Below are positions 38,690 to 52,145 of a stretch of DNA of 64,000 nucleotides, in pieces. The DNA lies in NCBI GenBank assembly GCA_964016885.1, contig OZ024764.1:7440001-7504000 (forward strand), in the 5' to 3' direction. The stretch comes from Eledone cirrhosa. Its lineage: Eukaryota. A program made the translations under genes and the position numbers. The first letter of the stretch is position 1. The number at the start of each line of letters is the position of its first letter. Under the pieces are notes generated by a model. That model was not told where the DNA came from, ran no database searches, and saw nothing but the letters and a program-made list of their open reading frames with translations.

Positions 38690-38950
38690 TATAATTGTTT
38701 CTACTTTTGGCACAAGGCCAGCAAATACCCAGTACATTACTGGTACTTTATTTTATCGATCCCCATAAGGATGAAAGGTAAAGTTAACCTCGGCGGGATT
38801 TGAACTCAGAATGGCAAGGGCCGTAACTCTATGCGTCAAAGCATGGCGTCCAACCCTCTACCGATACTGCCAATGCCCTAATATATAATTGTTTCTACTT
38901 TAGGCACAAGGCCAGCAATTACCCAGTGCATTACTGGTACTTTATTTTAT
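38690..38950 (-). mobile_element. Family A SINE copies
   Basis: Same consensus on the minus strand. Confidence 0.85.
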
Positions 38951-39079
38951 TTATAATATATAATAATTTTAATCGTTTAAGCCAACATTCGTCAACGAAC
39001 TAAGCGATAACGACATGGATAAAAGGCGTGGTAGGAGGTGTCAAGACTTTCAGACCACCGTGTAGAATTAAAATAATTA

Positions 39080-39228
39080 CCGTATTTCCCGGCGCCGAGG
39101 GCGCACTCTAATTTTGACAACCACATTTTTTTTAAAAAATAAACAACCTTTGGCCTCCAGGACGTATGGTAGATTTTTTAGACTTATTTTTTGGGGACAA
39201 ATAACATCTTCGACGCCGGGAAATACGG
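39080..39228. mobile_element. Tc2/pogo-like MITE with TA TSD
   Basis: TA-ccgtatttcccggcg ... cgccgggaaatacgg-TA terminal inverted repeats. Confidence 0.8.
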
Positions 39229-39549
39229 TAATTTATATTATTAATCGGCAAAACTGGAATTCTGTGTTTTATATTAATTTTTCTCATAAAAATGTGCTAG
39301 AGCATATTTTCGGGGTAGGTAATAAAATAGGAGAAACACATAGATTTTAGATAAGACATCTTAACACTCCACCCACGTCCCTACCCATCACCAGATAAGT
39401 CCCCCACCTTAGATCTATATCTCTGATAAAGCTGTAAATTTGGTTGGTGTTATGTAGGTCATCCAGCCATAGAAACTAAGCTAGAAATAGTTCTATATGA
39501 GTAAGACAGACTTATCTAATCTGACTTGTTTCACAACTTATCTAACTAA

Positions 39550-39937
39550 TGTTAGCATACCCTGCCCCTTTTTATACAGCTGTCGTCCTTCATATGCATC
39601 ACATGTCCATACCAACGCAGTCTCCTCTCCAGAACATAACATTTGATACCTCTTATGCTTAGTCTCCCTCTTACTTTGTTTATGGTTCGCCTTTCACACA
39701 CAATACTATTACACATCCATCGGAGCGTGCAAGCTTCATTTTTTTCTAATCTACGCAAGTTTCAGCACACAACACCGAGGTCTCACTACCATGTAATATC
39801 GCCGTTCTTATACAAGCATCATACAATCTGCCTTTCATTTTTAGAGAAAAACCATCTGAACTTTTTCCATCCCGTTCTAACTCTGGCTAATACACTTTCA
39901 GAGCACCCTCCTCCACTGCCGATTTTGTCACCCAGGT
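39550..39937 (-). mobile_element. RTE LINE 3' fragment
   Basis: YLGDKIGSGGGCSESV.ARVR.GW.KF, LRWMCN and RRLRWYGHVM. Confidence 0.85.
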
Positions 39938-40190
39938 AATATACATATATATATATATATATATATAACAAAGAAATGTGGTAAGGAACCAGATGGACGA
40001 TAACGCACCAGAGTACTCAATACTTAGGGTAGTAGAGCGGGAAATAGGAAAAAGTATGACCCCGACGGCAGTCCAGAAATAGCCGTCGAAACAGCTTGAG
40101 CTCTGCCATCGGGGTCATACTTTTTCCTACATATATATATATAGTAATAATAATAAATGTGCTTTGCTTAAACTATAATCTGTTATTTTA

Positions 40191-40226
<36 letters not shown>

Positions 40227-41140
40227 TCATCATCATTTAACGTCCATCTTCCACGCTTGCATGGGTTTGGACGGGAATTTTCCCACTTGAGGCAAAATTG
40301 GTTGTCTTGCTCGTATACGACTGTCTGGCGGGTTTTCTACGGCTGGATGCCCTTCCTAACACCAACCACATTTACAGTGTGGACTGGGAGGTTTTTACCG
40401 TGTTACCTACACGGCCACATTACAGCGTGGACTGTGTGTTTTTTTTGTCGTGATACCTACACGACCTCATTTGTTTCGGACTGGATGTTGTGGTACCAAC
40501 ATAACTTTACATCGAAAGGGGTGGTGTGGATGGAGTGGGGGTGGTGGAACGGGGGTGTGTTTTGTTAGAGATGCCTACTGACTGCCAAAACAAATGAGGT
40601 CGTGTAGGTGTCACGACAAAAAACACACAGTCCACGCTGTAATGTGGCCATGTAGGCAACACGGTAAAAACCTCCCAGCCCCACACTGTAAATGTGGTTG
40701 GTGTTAGGAAGGGCATCCAGCTGTAGAAAACCCGCCAGACAGTCCACGCTGTAATGTGGCCGTGTAGGCAACACGGTAAAAACCTCCCAGCCCCACACTG
40801 TAAATGTGGTTGGTGTTAGGAAGGGCATCCAGCTGTAGAAAACCCGCCAGACAGTCCACGCTGTAATGTGGCCGTGTAGGCAACACGGTAAAAACCTCCC
40901 AGCCCCACACTGTAAATGTGGTTGGTGTTAGGAAGGGCATCCAGCTGTAGAAAACCCGCCAGACAGTCCTATGCGAGCAAGACAATCACTCTTGCCTCAA
41001 GTGGGAAAACCCCCGTCCAAACCCATGCAAGCGTGGAACACGGACGCTAAACCTGATGATGATGATGATGATGATGATATATATATATATATATATTAAT
41101 TCGAAATATTAACAAATATAGACATTCGTGTGATCAAGTA

Positions 41141-41207
41141 TATTTTATTATACATATTTCAGAGGTACTGAGCTATTTTCAACAGTACGTTCTCATCAGA
41201 TAAAATA
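41141..41207 (-). ncRNA. Type I minimal hammerhead ribozyme
   Basis: Reverse complement: tattttat CTGATGA gaac-gtactg..cagtac-ctct GAAA tatgt ATA ataaaata; perfect 8-bp helix I. Confidence 0.8.
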
Positions 41208-41328
41208 AGATGATGTTTGACATACTTTGACTATGTTGATGGTTAAGATTCAGTCATGGAAGTTTAACCTTTTAATATATATATATACGATATTAAACAA
41301 ATGGAAACTATATTTATAAAACCATATT

Positions 41329-41394
41329 TATTTCATTATACATATTTCAGGGATACCATATTAAAAATATGGCATGCCATCTTCAGATAAAATA
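41329..41394 (-). ncRNA. Type I minimal hammerhead ribozyme (inverted copy of 41547-41612)
   Basis: Reverse complement: tattttat CTGAAGA tggcatgccatat..atatggtatccct GAAA tatgt ATA atgaaata. Confidence 0.75.
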
Positions 41395-41546
41395 CAATAT
41401 ATAAGCAGTTTTATAAATAAATTTGACGTACCATAAAATATTGATCAACTTCCATTTAAAAAAGTTGGTTTGGTAGTTTTTTTAAATGGAAGTTGATCAA
41501 TATTTTATGGTACGTCAAATTTATTTATAAAACTGCTTATATATTG

Positions 41547-41612
41547 TATTTTATCTGAAGAAGGCATGCCATATTTTTAATATGGTATCCCTGAAATATG
41601 TATAATGAAATA
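41547..41612 (+). ncRNA. Type I minimal hammerhead ribozyme
   Basis: tattttat CTGAAGA agg-c-atgccatat-tttta-atatggtat-c-cct GAAA tatgt ATA atgaaata. Confidence 0.8.
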
Positions 41613-41739
41613 AATATGGTTTTATAAATATAGTTTCCATTTGTTTAATATCGTATATCTACTCCAAAACTTGTTGAGTGCTTTATATCAGTTATAAAAT
41701 ATTTACTCGTTGTAACCCAACAATTTTAAATAAAACTTT

Positions 41740-41789
<50 letters not shown>

Positions 41790-42268
41790 AGTGTGTGTAT
41801 AAAAGATGAAGTGCGGGGAGGAGTCCTGCTCCTCTAGTTTTATTCCCCTCCCCCTCCAATCTGAAAATAGCCAATATTTCATATTTTTCAGCTCTAACCT
41901 AAATACACCTCTCCCAAATGCTTCAAGTTAACACCATGCCATTGTCCAGAAACCTTACAAATCAAATGACTACTATCCGGTTACCTGCTAATGTAATGGC
42001 TGACCTAATTTAACACCTTAAGCATAAAGGTATTTCAAAATATAAAGTGTATATATATATAGGTTTAGGAATGTGCTTAGAAATACATTGTTTTATTAGC
42101 AATATATCTGCGTGTCTGGGCACATTGATATATTTATCAACAAAACTATATATATATATTTCGTTTCTGAATTTGTTTAGCAAGATTCTTTATCTGAAAT
42201 CATGTGTTGAAACCGATATTGTTATACTTTGGGAGGGTCTTATTGGCAACATGACCCTCCCAAAGTAT

Positions 42269-42310
<42 letters not shown>

Positions 42311-43769
42311 TCATCATCATCATCATCAACGTTTAGCGTCCGTGTTCCACGCTTGCATGGGTTTGGACGGGAGTTTTCCCACTTGAGGCAAGAGTGATTG
42401 TCTTGCTCGCATAGGACTGTCTGGCGGGTTTTCTACAGCTGGATGCCCTTCCTAACACCAACCACATTTACAGTGTGGGGCTGGGAGGTTTTTACCGTGT
42501 TGCCTACACGGCCACATTACAGCGTGGACTGTCTGGCGGGTTTTCTACAGCTGGATGCCCTTCCTAACACCAACCACATTTACAGTGTGGGGCTGGGACG
42601 TTTTTACCGTGTTGCCTACACGGCCACATTACAGCGTGGACTGTCTGGCAGGTTTTCTACAGCTGGATGCCCTTCCTAACACCAACCACATTTACAGTGT
42701 GGGATTGGGACGTTTTTACCGTGTTGCCTACACGGCCACATTACAGCGTGGACTGTCTGGCGGGTTTTCTACAGCTGGATGCCCTTCCTAACACCAACCA
42801 CATTTACAGTGTGGGATTGGGACGTTTTTACCGTGTTGCCTACACGGCCACATTACACTGTGGACTGTGTGTTTTTTGTCGTGACACCTACACGACCTCA
42901 TTTGTTTCGGCCTGGATGTTGTGGCACCAACATAACTTTACATTGAAAGGGGCGGTGTGGATGGAGTGGGGGTGGTGGAACGGGGGTGTGTTTTGTTAGA
43001 GATGCCTACTGACTGTAGTAGGTTTTACTTTGTATTTAGGTAAGGCGGGTCTTCTCTATTACTGAGTACTGCCAAAGGTCTCGGTCCAGTGACATATCAC
43101 CACACCACCCCCACCCCATCCACACCACCCCGTTCTATGTAAAGTTATGTTGGTACTACAACATCCAGGCCGAAACAAATGAGGTTGTGTAGGTGTCACG
43201 ACAAAAAACACACAGTCCACGCTGTCATGTGGCCGTGTAGGCAACACGGTAAAAACCTCCCAGCCCCACACTGTAAATGTGGTTGGTGTTAGGAAGGGCA
43301 TCCAACTGTAGAAAACCCGCCAGACAGTCCTATGCGAGCAAGACAATCACTCTTGCCTCAAGTGGGACTACCCCCGTCCAAACCCATGCAAGCGTGGAAC
43401 ACGGACGTTAAACGTTGATGATGATGATGATGATGATATATATAATGGAAAAATTTGAACAGGAACAAAACAGAGAGGCAGTACAACGAATGTTTATTAA
43501 TTTCACGCTCTGGAGAGTGGGGTGTTGGTGGGGAATATATATATATACATAAACTTGATAAACTCACTGAGACAGGTTTTGTTCCTTACAAGTTCATTCC
43601 ATAATTCATAGAGTGGATAATGTGAGCATATATATGATGATGATGATGATATGTATGTATAGCGAAATACTAGTGTGTATGAATGTAACAAGGAGAAGTG
43701 GTTTGTGTGTATAATATTTAATAAACAATTTGTGAATATATAGAACAGTATAGTTGAATATATATATAG

Positions 43770-44087
43770 TGTATTACTGGTATTTTATTTTATCTACCCC
43801 CGTAAGGATGAAAGGCAAAGTTAACCTCGGCGGGATTTGAACTTAGATCATAAAGGGCCGTAACTCTATGCTGCAAAGCATGTTGTCCGACGTTCTTCCG
43901 ATACTGCCAATCGACCGATAATAATAATTGTTTCTACTTTAGGCACAAGGCCAGCAATTACCCAGTGCATTATCGAGCCCGTAAGGATGAAAGGCAAAGT
44001 CAACCTCGGCGGGATTTGAACTGAGATCGTAAAGGGACGTAACTATGCTAGAAAGCATGGTATCCGACCCTCTACCAATACTGCCAA
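43770..44087 (-). mobile_element. Two family A SINE copies
   Basis: Family A consensus on the minus strand. Confidence 0.85.
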
Positions 44088-44115
44088 AAGATATATACTT
44101 TATATCATCTCTATT

Positions 44116-44193
44116 TATTTCATTATATATATTTCGAAGATGTAAAGTTTTATGTATCACATAAAGCAGAACATGTTCTCCTCAGATAAAATA
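44116..44193 (-). ncRNA. Type I minimal hammerhead ribozyme
   Basis: Reverse complement: tattttat CTGAGGA gaacatgt..acatcttc GAAA tatat ATA atgaaata. Confidence 0.78.
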
Positions 44194-44394
44194 TATAGAA
44201 AATGTATAATTTCTTCCTGATATGCTGGTAGACAAACGAGCTGGACAGATCGGTGACCACCAAGGATATGACTAGAAAAACCTCAACATATAAGGGTCGG
44301 ACAGGTTATCACAGTCCAAGACTTCCTACACTGGCATGGGTTGGATATGTTTTTTCCCTGGATTTCACAAAATCTGTGGATAAAATCTCTGTCT

Positions 44395-45603
44395 CTTTAC
44401 AGTGTGGGCTGGATTCCTTTTTTGCCGTGGCACCTCCACGACCACTTTACAGTGTGAGCTGGGTTCCTTTTTTGCCGTGGCACCTCCACGACCACTTTAC
44501 AGTGTGGGCTGGGTTCCTTTTTTGTTGTGGCACCTCCACGACCACTTTACAGTGTGGGCTGGGTTCCTTTTTTGCCGTGGCACCTCCACGACCACTTTGC
44601 AGTGTGGGCTGGGTTCCTTTTTTGTTGTGGCACCTCCACGACCACTTTACAGTGTGGGCTGGGTTCCTTTTTGCCATGGCACCTCCACAACCACTTTACA
44701 GTGTGGGCTGGGTTCCTTTTTTGCCGTGGCACCTCCACGTCCCCTTTACAGTGTGGGCTGGGTTCCTTTTTTGTCGTGGCACCTCCACGACCACTTTGCA
44801 GTGTGGGCTGGGTTCCTTTTTTGCCGTGGCACCTCCACGACCACTTTACACTGTGGGCTGGGTTCCTTTTTTGCCGTGGCACCTCCACGACCACTTTACA
44901 GTGTGGGCTGGGTTCCTTTTTTGCCGTGGCACCTCCACGACCACTTTACAGTGTGGGCTGGGTTCCTTTTTTGCTGTGGCACCTCCACGACCACTTTACA
45001 GTGTGGGCTGGGTTCCTTTTTTGCCGTGGCACCTCCACGACCACTTTACACTGTGGGCTGGGTTCCTTTTTTGCCGTGGCACCTCCACGACCACTTTACA
45101 GTGTGGGCTGGGTTCCTTTTTTGCCGTGGCACCTCCACGACCACTTTACAGTGTGGGCTGGGTTCCTTTTTTGCCGTGGCACCTCCACGACCACTTTACA
45201 GTGTGGGCTGGGTTCCTTTTTTGTTGTGGCACCTCCACGACCACTTTACAGTGTGGGCTGGGTTCCTTTTTTGCCGTGGCACCTCCACGACCACTTTACA
45301 GTGTGGGCTGGGTTCCTTTTTTGCCGTGGCACCTCCACGACCACTTTACAGTGTGGGCTGGGTTCCTTTTTTGTTGTGGCACCTCCACGATCACTTTACA
45401 GTGTGGGCTGGGTTCCTTTTTTGCCGTGGCACCTCCACGACCACTTTACAGTGTGGGCTGGGTTCCTTTTTTGCCGTGGCACCTCCACGACCACTTTACA
45501 GTGTGGGCTGGGTTCCTTTTTTGTTGTGGCACCTCCACGACCACTTTACAGTGTGGGCTGGGTTCCTTTTTTGCCGTGGCACCTCCACAAGCACTTTGCA
45601 GTG
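44395..45603. repeat. 50-bp tandem array (~24 copies) derived from an internal segment of SINE family B
   Basis: Unit gggttccttttttgccgtggcacctccacgaccactttacagtgtgggct closely matches the reverse complement of ~16766-16816. Confidence 0.95.
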
Positions 45604-46504
45604 GGAGGGGTGGGGGCATATTGTCTATATGCTTCAGCTTTGGCTTCTACCCATGGGAAGTCAGGTCTTCTGTATTACTGCGTGACGCCAGAGGTCACAG
45701 TCATCGCCTTTTATATATATATATAAAACATGTAGAGCAAATATTTATTATAAGATCAGATTAAAGTTCAAGCAAAGAATCGCTGCTTTCCCCTTTAACG
45801 GGATCTTCTGAAACAAAAAAAATCAATCTGTGGACGCAGAAGTAAATATTTCAAAAAATGTTGCAACTGGAGGAAAACAGGAAGACGATACTTTGGTTCT
45901 TGAAGACGTTCCCTGGCAATGAACGGAAAAATTCGAGGATAATTACGTCATTATGTGGAGAGATGAGAACAATTTCTTGCAAAGACAAAACCACGTTTAT
46001 TGTATAAAAGGAGTCGTTAGACTAATATTCTATTTAGAATAACCAAATGATTTCCAGCTCCGGATTTTAAGAATAAAATAAATGACAGAGGTTATTAATA
46101 ATAGTAAAAGTAAATAATTGTTTCTACTTTTGGCACAAGGACAGCAATTACCCCAGTGCATTACTGGTACTTTATTTTATCGACCCCGGAAGGATGAAAG
46201 GCAAAGTTAACCTCGGCGGATAAGAACATTAAAGTATATTTATAAGATTTAGGTCTGTGCATAAGTATGTGCCAATGCATACATACACATACATACGCAC
46301 ACACAAATATACTGTAAATGTGGTTGGTGTTAGGAAGGGCATCCAGCTGTAAAAAACCTGCCAGAGACACATCCGTGTGAGTGAGACACAGTCTTCCGAC
46401 CCTTCCCGCATCAAATGGAACAAAACCGTCTAACCCATGCTATTGTGGAAGATGGACGTTAAATGATGATGATGATGATTATCATCATCATCATCATCAT
46501 CATC

Positions 46505-46858
46505 ATTATCATTTTACGTCCGCTTTTTCCCTGCTTGCAAGGGTGGGACAGGTCCTATTCAGCACAGCATCTCTCCACTTGTCACGGTCCTTTGTCATCT
46601 CCACCGTGAGCTTCAGCGATCTGAGGTCTGCTCTCACCACCTCCGCCCATGTTTTTCATGGTCTTTCTCTACTAGGTCTTCCTTCAACTGGCATTTCTTG
46701 GCACTTCTTCACACATCAGTCATCCTCCATGCGCATCACATGTCCATACCATCGCAGTCTCCTCTCCCACACACAACAATTTATCCCTCTCAGACACAGT
46801 TTCTCTCTCAACACATCCATGCTCGGCCGTTCACGCACATTGACATTGCACATCCAAT
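46505..46858 (-). mobile_element. RTE LINE 3' end
   Basis: WMCNVNVRERPS.DVLREKL.LRGI..RRLRWYGHVMR; same tail as 22680-22740. Confidence 0.9.
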
Positions 46859-48650
46859 GGACAGGATGGTTAGAATGCTTACTAGTGTAATTTAGCGTAT
46901 CATTCGACTTTCTATACGGGTAGTGCAAGCCATTCGATAAGTTGAGTGTGACGTCAAGGTAGTTTACAACAGATAGGTTGGCCTCAACTTGGATGAAGAG
47001 GTTGAAGCCTTTAAAGAAAGCGATGAGTTCCTTCCTAAACTTGTCGATAGCGCGCATCTGCACTTGATCATAGTCAAAAGACCGTCATTGCGGTACAGGC
47101 CCCAGGCCCCCGTCTACATTAGGAAATTCCTCCTTGATAGAGAATAGTAGGAACAAGCCGATGAGGTCTGTGACCTCCACTGAATCGCTAACACCCATAC
47201 TCACGTCGAATGGGATACTATTTGATTTGTTAAGCCAAATAGAGTCGTTGAAATTTATCACCGACTTACGAGCATTTAAGATGGCATCAATTTCGAGATC
47301 CTTAACCACCATGAGAGTTTTAGTGAAATTGATAGCTCTAAGAAGAAGTGGTAAAGTGATGGAAGAGTAGTAGTTGTTGATGTCAAATTGGATAAAACGC
47401 CAATGTATTGAACCAATCAATCACTGCGAAAGAATTGTTCCACAGTGCAAGAGGGGCTAAGCTTCTAATTTCATGTATAATCCTATCTAAAATTCTTTTA
47501 CTAAGTCTACCTAATTCAGACTTTGTAGGGTTAATTAGCCGAATAGAGGGATTGTTGGCGAAATTGGGTTTATGATCCTTCAGGGTGAAGTGGGGAGAAA
47601 TAGAGTCCAGAGGTTTTGTCCGGTCCTGGATATTGAGTTCTGAAGTGATTTTAAACCCAACATCGTTGATGTTATTAATAACACTCTGATCAGTTTTCCA
47701 GTAACCCTTGGTTACAGCATTATGTAGAAGTTGATGGTAAGTCCTCCTCTCCATTTGGTATAGATTTCCAGTTTTATCGGAGTGGACATGCATGCATTAG
47801 AATCCTTTATAGAACGAATTCTATTCTTCAAATCATGTTGGAAGGAATTGCTTCTGTTCTAAAATTTGATTCACCATATGAGTTCCAGTACGTCGTTTTG
47901 GAAGGATAACAAAGCTGGGTCGCTAGGAGGGTTATTATATGTTTTAAACCCAAACTTATCCTGGTTTCTGTTCGCTTTATCCTGGTTGTCGAAATAAAAG
48001 GCGAGCCAACGCAACCTTTTAAGGAACGAATCCGTTTTTTTTAATTAGTAATTTTAAGTACGTCTTCTTGCTAGGTACGGGTATATTTTTCGTAGAAATA
48101 TTAAGGTGTTGTTTCTACTTGTTGATTTGAAGTCAGAAGAGTGCTCAACCGAGGGAGCAAAATAGTAATAATAAATGTGAAGACCCAAATCCGTAGTAAC
48201 ACAAACAACCCAGTAACTAGTGTTAACTGAAATTGTAGGAACCGGGAAGACTGCCCTCTATCCGGGAAATGCCTATCCAGTAATATTGTCTACAAATGTA
48301 AGGTCGACACATCTACGCTTAGTAAGGCCTCATAGGGTTAACCGCCAATACATACAAGCAGCGTCTTTACATGCACGCCCATTCTTTTCTTAACCCTTTA
48401 AGAAGGAATATGACGTCACTTTCAGCTTATATCTGGAGTCTAAAAGACAACCACACTCAATATAGGTTACACTGACTGGGAGATCCTAGCTAAAGCTAGA
48501 TCGTATAACGGAAATAAAAGACCATGCGATCTTTGCGCCGCTGAAGCGCTGGAAATACCCTACGCCAAGGATTACATCTTAAGCAAAAAATCTGAGGCAA
48601 TTTCGGCTTGTAAACACAAATTGTATAAAACTTTCCTGTATTACAGCCCC
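46859..48650. mobile_element. PLE remnant: RT on the minus strand (46859-48110) with an inverted GIY-YIG segment on the plus strand (48190-48650)
   Basis: Minus strand: STKNIPVPS, SDKTGNLY, LKDHKPNF.NNPS.RLINP.KSELG, QFDINNYYSSI, FDVSMG and NYLDVTLNL. Plus strand: NCRNREDCPLSGKCLSSNIVYKC and CDLCAAE. Confidence 0.88.
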
Positions 48651-48915
48651 ACATTATACCCTAACGGACATTACGGACAATACGCGGATAATTTACGTCA
48701 TGATATGGTCTAAGTATATTTTATGTTTATACCATCACATATTTGTATAGGTAAGTATACCTTACCCGTATGTTTGTGCATGTACGTATATTTTACGTAT
48801 GTATGTATGTGTGTGTAAATATATATGTGTGTGTGTGTGTGTACGTATGTATGTGTATGTTTGTATGTATGTGTATACGTATGTATTTATATGTGTGTAT
48901 ATATGTATGTATGTG

Positions 48916-48946
<31 letters not shown>

Positions 48947-49051
48947 ATATGCGTATATATGTGTGCATGTATATGTACGTGTGCGCGTAAATGTGTGTAT
49001 GTGCATATGTATGTGTGAGTATGTATATATATTTATGTGTGTGCATATATT

Positions 49052-49092
<41 letters not shown>

Positions 49093-49104
49093 GTGTGTGT
49101 GTAT

Positions 49105-50087
49105 ACTGATTAATGTTCAGAGCCATCCTTAGCATTCTCGTGTAGCACCCATCCACCATCTGAGTGAGTTTCTTGGTCAGTGTCCAAGTCTCAGACCCGT
49201 ACAGCAGCACAGACTCCACTACAGCAACGAAGGAACGAAACTTCAGGTCTTTACGAAGGTCCGACTTCCACACCGATCTCAAGCTGTGGCACGCCGCCCA
49301 GGTTTTGCTCTTCCTCTCGACCACATCATCTTCTGTATTCCCAATCTTTGCTCCTAAATACAAGTCTTCAACCAATTCTAGCGGCTTGCTGCCTACATTA
49401 GTAATCTTCTCTGGCTTCTTAATATTCTCTACCGGATACTTCGTCTTAATCTCATTCATTCTCAGCCCCACACTCATCGACACAGTCTCCACCTCCTGCA
49501 TCAACTCCTCTGTCACCTTCACTGTGTTTGTCACCAGAACTATGTCGTCGGCAAATTCAGCACTTGATATCTTTTTCGCCTTAACTCTCCTGCTCTGAGC
49601 CAGTGTTACAGTAAAGCCAGAGCCCTGGTATTTTTCCAGGATGAAGAACTCAGAACTGTAAGGGAGCACCCCCCCCCCCCAAGTCAGCTCGAAAGTAGCA
49701 CAGAGGAGACAGGTTAGCTGGACATCGCAACGATGATAGGGACAGAGACCGCTGGAGAGAACTCGTCCATGGATCTCGGGAATTTTACCCACCCTAGATA
49801 TGTATGTGGACCGTCACTGCCTGATGAAGATCTTACAGGCTCATAGAATCCCCAAGAAGATAGTGGACCTGATATCACTGCTTTGCACCAACACCAAAGC
49901 CCAAGTCATTACACCTGATGGGATGGCGGAGTTCTTTGAGATACTGGCTGGAGTGCTCCAGGGAGATACATTGGCTCCCTACCTTTTTATCATCGCAGTG
50001 GACTACTGTATGCGCCTTGCGCTGGAGAAACACCAGGACTCTGGCTTCACTGTAACACTAGCTCAGAGCAGGAAAGTTAAGGCGAAA
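49105..50087. mobile_element. RTE-like LINE RT fragment with inversion
   Basis: Minus strand 49105-49640: AEFADDI..ESVLLYGSETWTLT..YTRMLR. Plus strand 49800-50087: GVLQGDTLAPYLF. Both halves carry SGFTVTLAQSR. Confidence 0.85.
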
Positions 50088-50333
50088 TATATATATATAT
50101 ATTATGAAAATAAAACAAAGAAGCCTTCAATACATCAAAAGTCTTTCTTTGTTTTATTTTCATAATTCTTCGGCTCTGTTTAATTACATTGAGCTATACC
50201 TTTTACTGTCATTTCTATAATACGAAGAGGGTGTTTAACTCCAACACGCTCCAGTATTTTAATCATTATATATATAGTAATAATAATCCCGTTAAGGGTG
50301 AAAGCAGCGATTCTTTGCTTAAACTTTAATCTG

Positions 50334-50377
<44 letters not shown>

Positions 50378-50613
50378 TACAAGGATCGGAATTAAGAGTA
50401 TTCCGCAGTTCACAGATTCGTATCAGCAAACTTATAGTTATAAGGTTGGTAATTTTAAACTCTACTTCAGAGATTTGATTCTGACTTAGTTTTTTTCTAT
50501 TTAATTGCTAAACCTGTAGATATTGTTCTCTATACAGTAACGGTAAAACTCACTTGTAATAATTCTTTACACACATCTCACTGTGTAACACACTTCTCTT
50601 TGTGTAATATATT

Positions 50614-50671
<58 letters not shown>

Positions 50672-50862
50672 AACGAGTAGGACCCCGACGGCTGAGCTCA
50701 AGCCGTTTCGACGGCTAATTCTGGACGTCCAGAATTAGCCGTCGAAACGGCTTGAGCTCAGCCGTCGGGGTCCTACTCGTTCCTATTACCCACTCTACTA
50801 CCCTAAGTTTTGAGTACTTTGGTGCGTTATGGTCCACCTTGTTCCTTACCACATTTCCTTCG

Positions 50863-50915
<53 letters not shown>

Positions 50916-51189
50916 TAGATATATATAGTTGTTGCAGAAAAGATGGCGTAGAAAATACAATGTAACGGGAGGAAACAATAACACCACTGACGATGTTTGA
51001 TAGACTATATATATGTGTTTGTGTCTATATTGTATCTGTATTTTTGACCGTTGGTCAGTCAATGGCAACATTGAGGACCGAATAAATTAAATTAACCGAT
51101 ATAAAAGACACAGAAGCGAAAACCAACCAAACAGTGAGTGTGTTCTGTTATTAATTCTGGCAATATTACACAAATATGACTCTCCCCAA

Positions 51190-51255
<66 letters not shown>

Positions 51256-51773
51256 TTGTGTGTGCGTATGTATATGTATGTGTATGTATGCTTTGGCGCA
51301 TACTTATACACATGCCTAAATCCTATAACAATACTTTAAAGTCCTCATCATTACGGGGTCGATAAAATAAAGTGCCAGTAACTGTAGAACCAAAAATTAG
51401 AAACAATTATTTACTTTTACTATTATTAATAACCTCTGTCATTTATTTTATTCTTAAACTCCGGAGCTGAAAATCATTCGGTTATTCTAAATAGAATATT
51501 AGTCTAACGACTCCTTTTATACAATAAACGTGATTTTGTCTTTGCAAGAAATTCTTCTTCTCGCTCCACATAATGACGTAATTATCCTCGAATTTTTCCG
51601 ATCATTGCCAGAGAACGTCTTCACGAACCAAAGTATCATCTTCCTGTTTTCCTTCAGTTGCAACATTTTTTGAAATATTTACTTCTGCGTTCACAGATTG
51701 ATTTTTTTTTTTGTTTCAGAAGATCCCGTTAAAGGGTAAAGCAGCGATTCTTTGCCTAAACTTTAATCTGTTT

Positions 51774-51826
<53 letters not shown>

Positions 51827-52145
51827 ATAAATTTAAAGGTATAGTACTAGGAAAAACAAACGACTAGGAAAAACAAACGACTAGGCATGAAGTAGAGGTT
51901 AGATGAGAAAGATTTAATTAGAGTCTGTTCTTTAACACGTGTTTCAGTACAACATCAGTCTACAATACCTTTAAATTTATAATTACTCCATAGTCTTCCA
52001 CTTCGATACTATACATTGAGCTCTCAAATTGGACTATTGCTGTACCTCCTGCAAAAACCATGTCGAGAAATATATATAGGTAAGTAATCTTGTTTGTACA
52101 TTGATTCACACAAACAAATTTTAACCTTACATATCTTCGTATGTC

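Larger units (their letters stand above)
40225..43437. repeat. Four oppositely oriented copies of a SINE-like element with RTE-type tail; 112-bp internal tandem repeats
   Basis: Copies at ~40225-40585, 40586-41078, 42308-43015 and 43080-43437 share ggatgcccttcctaacaccaaccacatttacagtgt and (tga)n tails. Confidence 0.85.

Noticed and set aside
44253-45764. 503-, 427- and 399-aa ORFs
   Set aside because: They are artefacts of the stop-free 50-bp SINE-derived array.
46716-47063. Chimeric PLE-RTE ORF as a new fusion protein
   Set aside because: It is a chance in-frame junction of two truncated retroelement fragments.
51930-51962. Hammerhead-like motif on the minus strand (also 55540-55590 and 55885-55925)
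   Set aside because: Core nucleotides are mutated (ctgatgt, ttgaaaa) or no valid NUH is present; at best these are dead relics.
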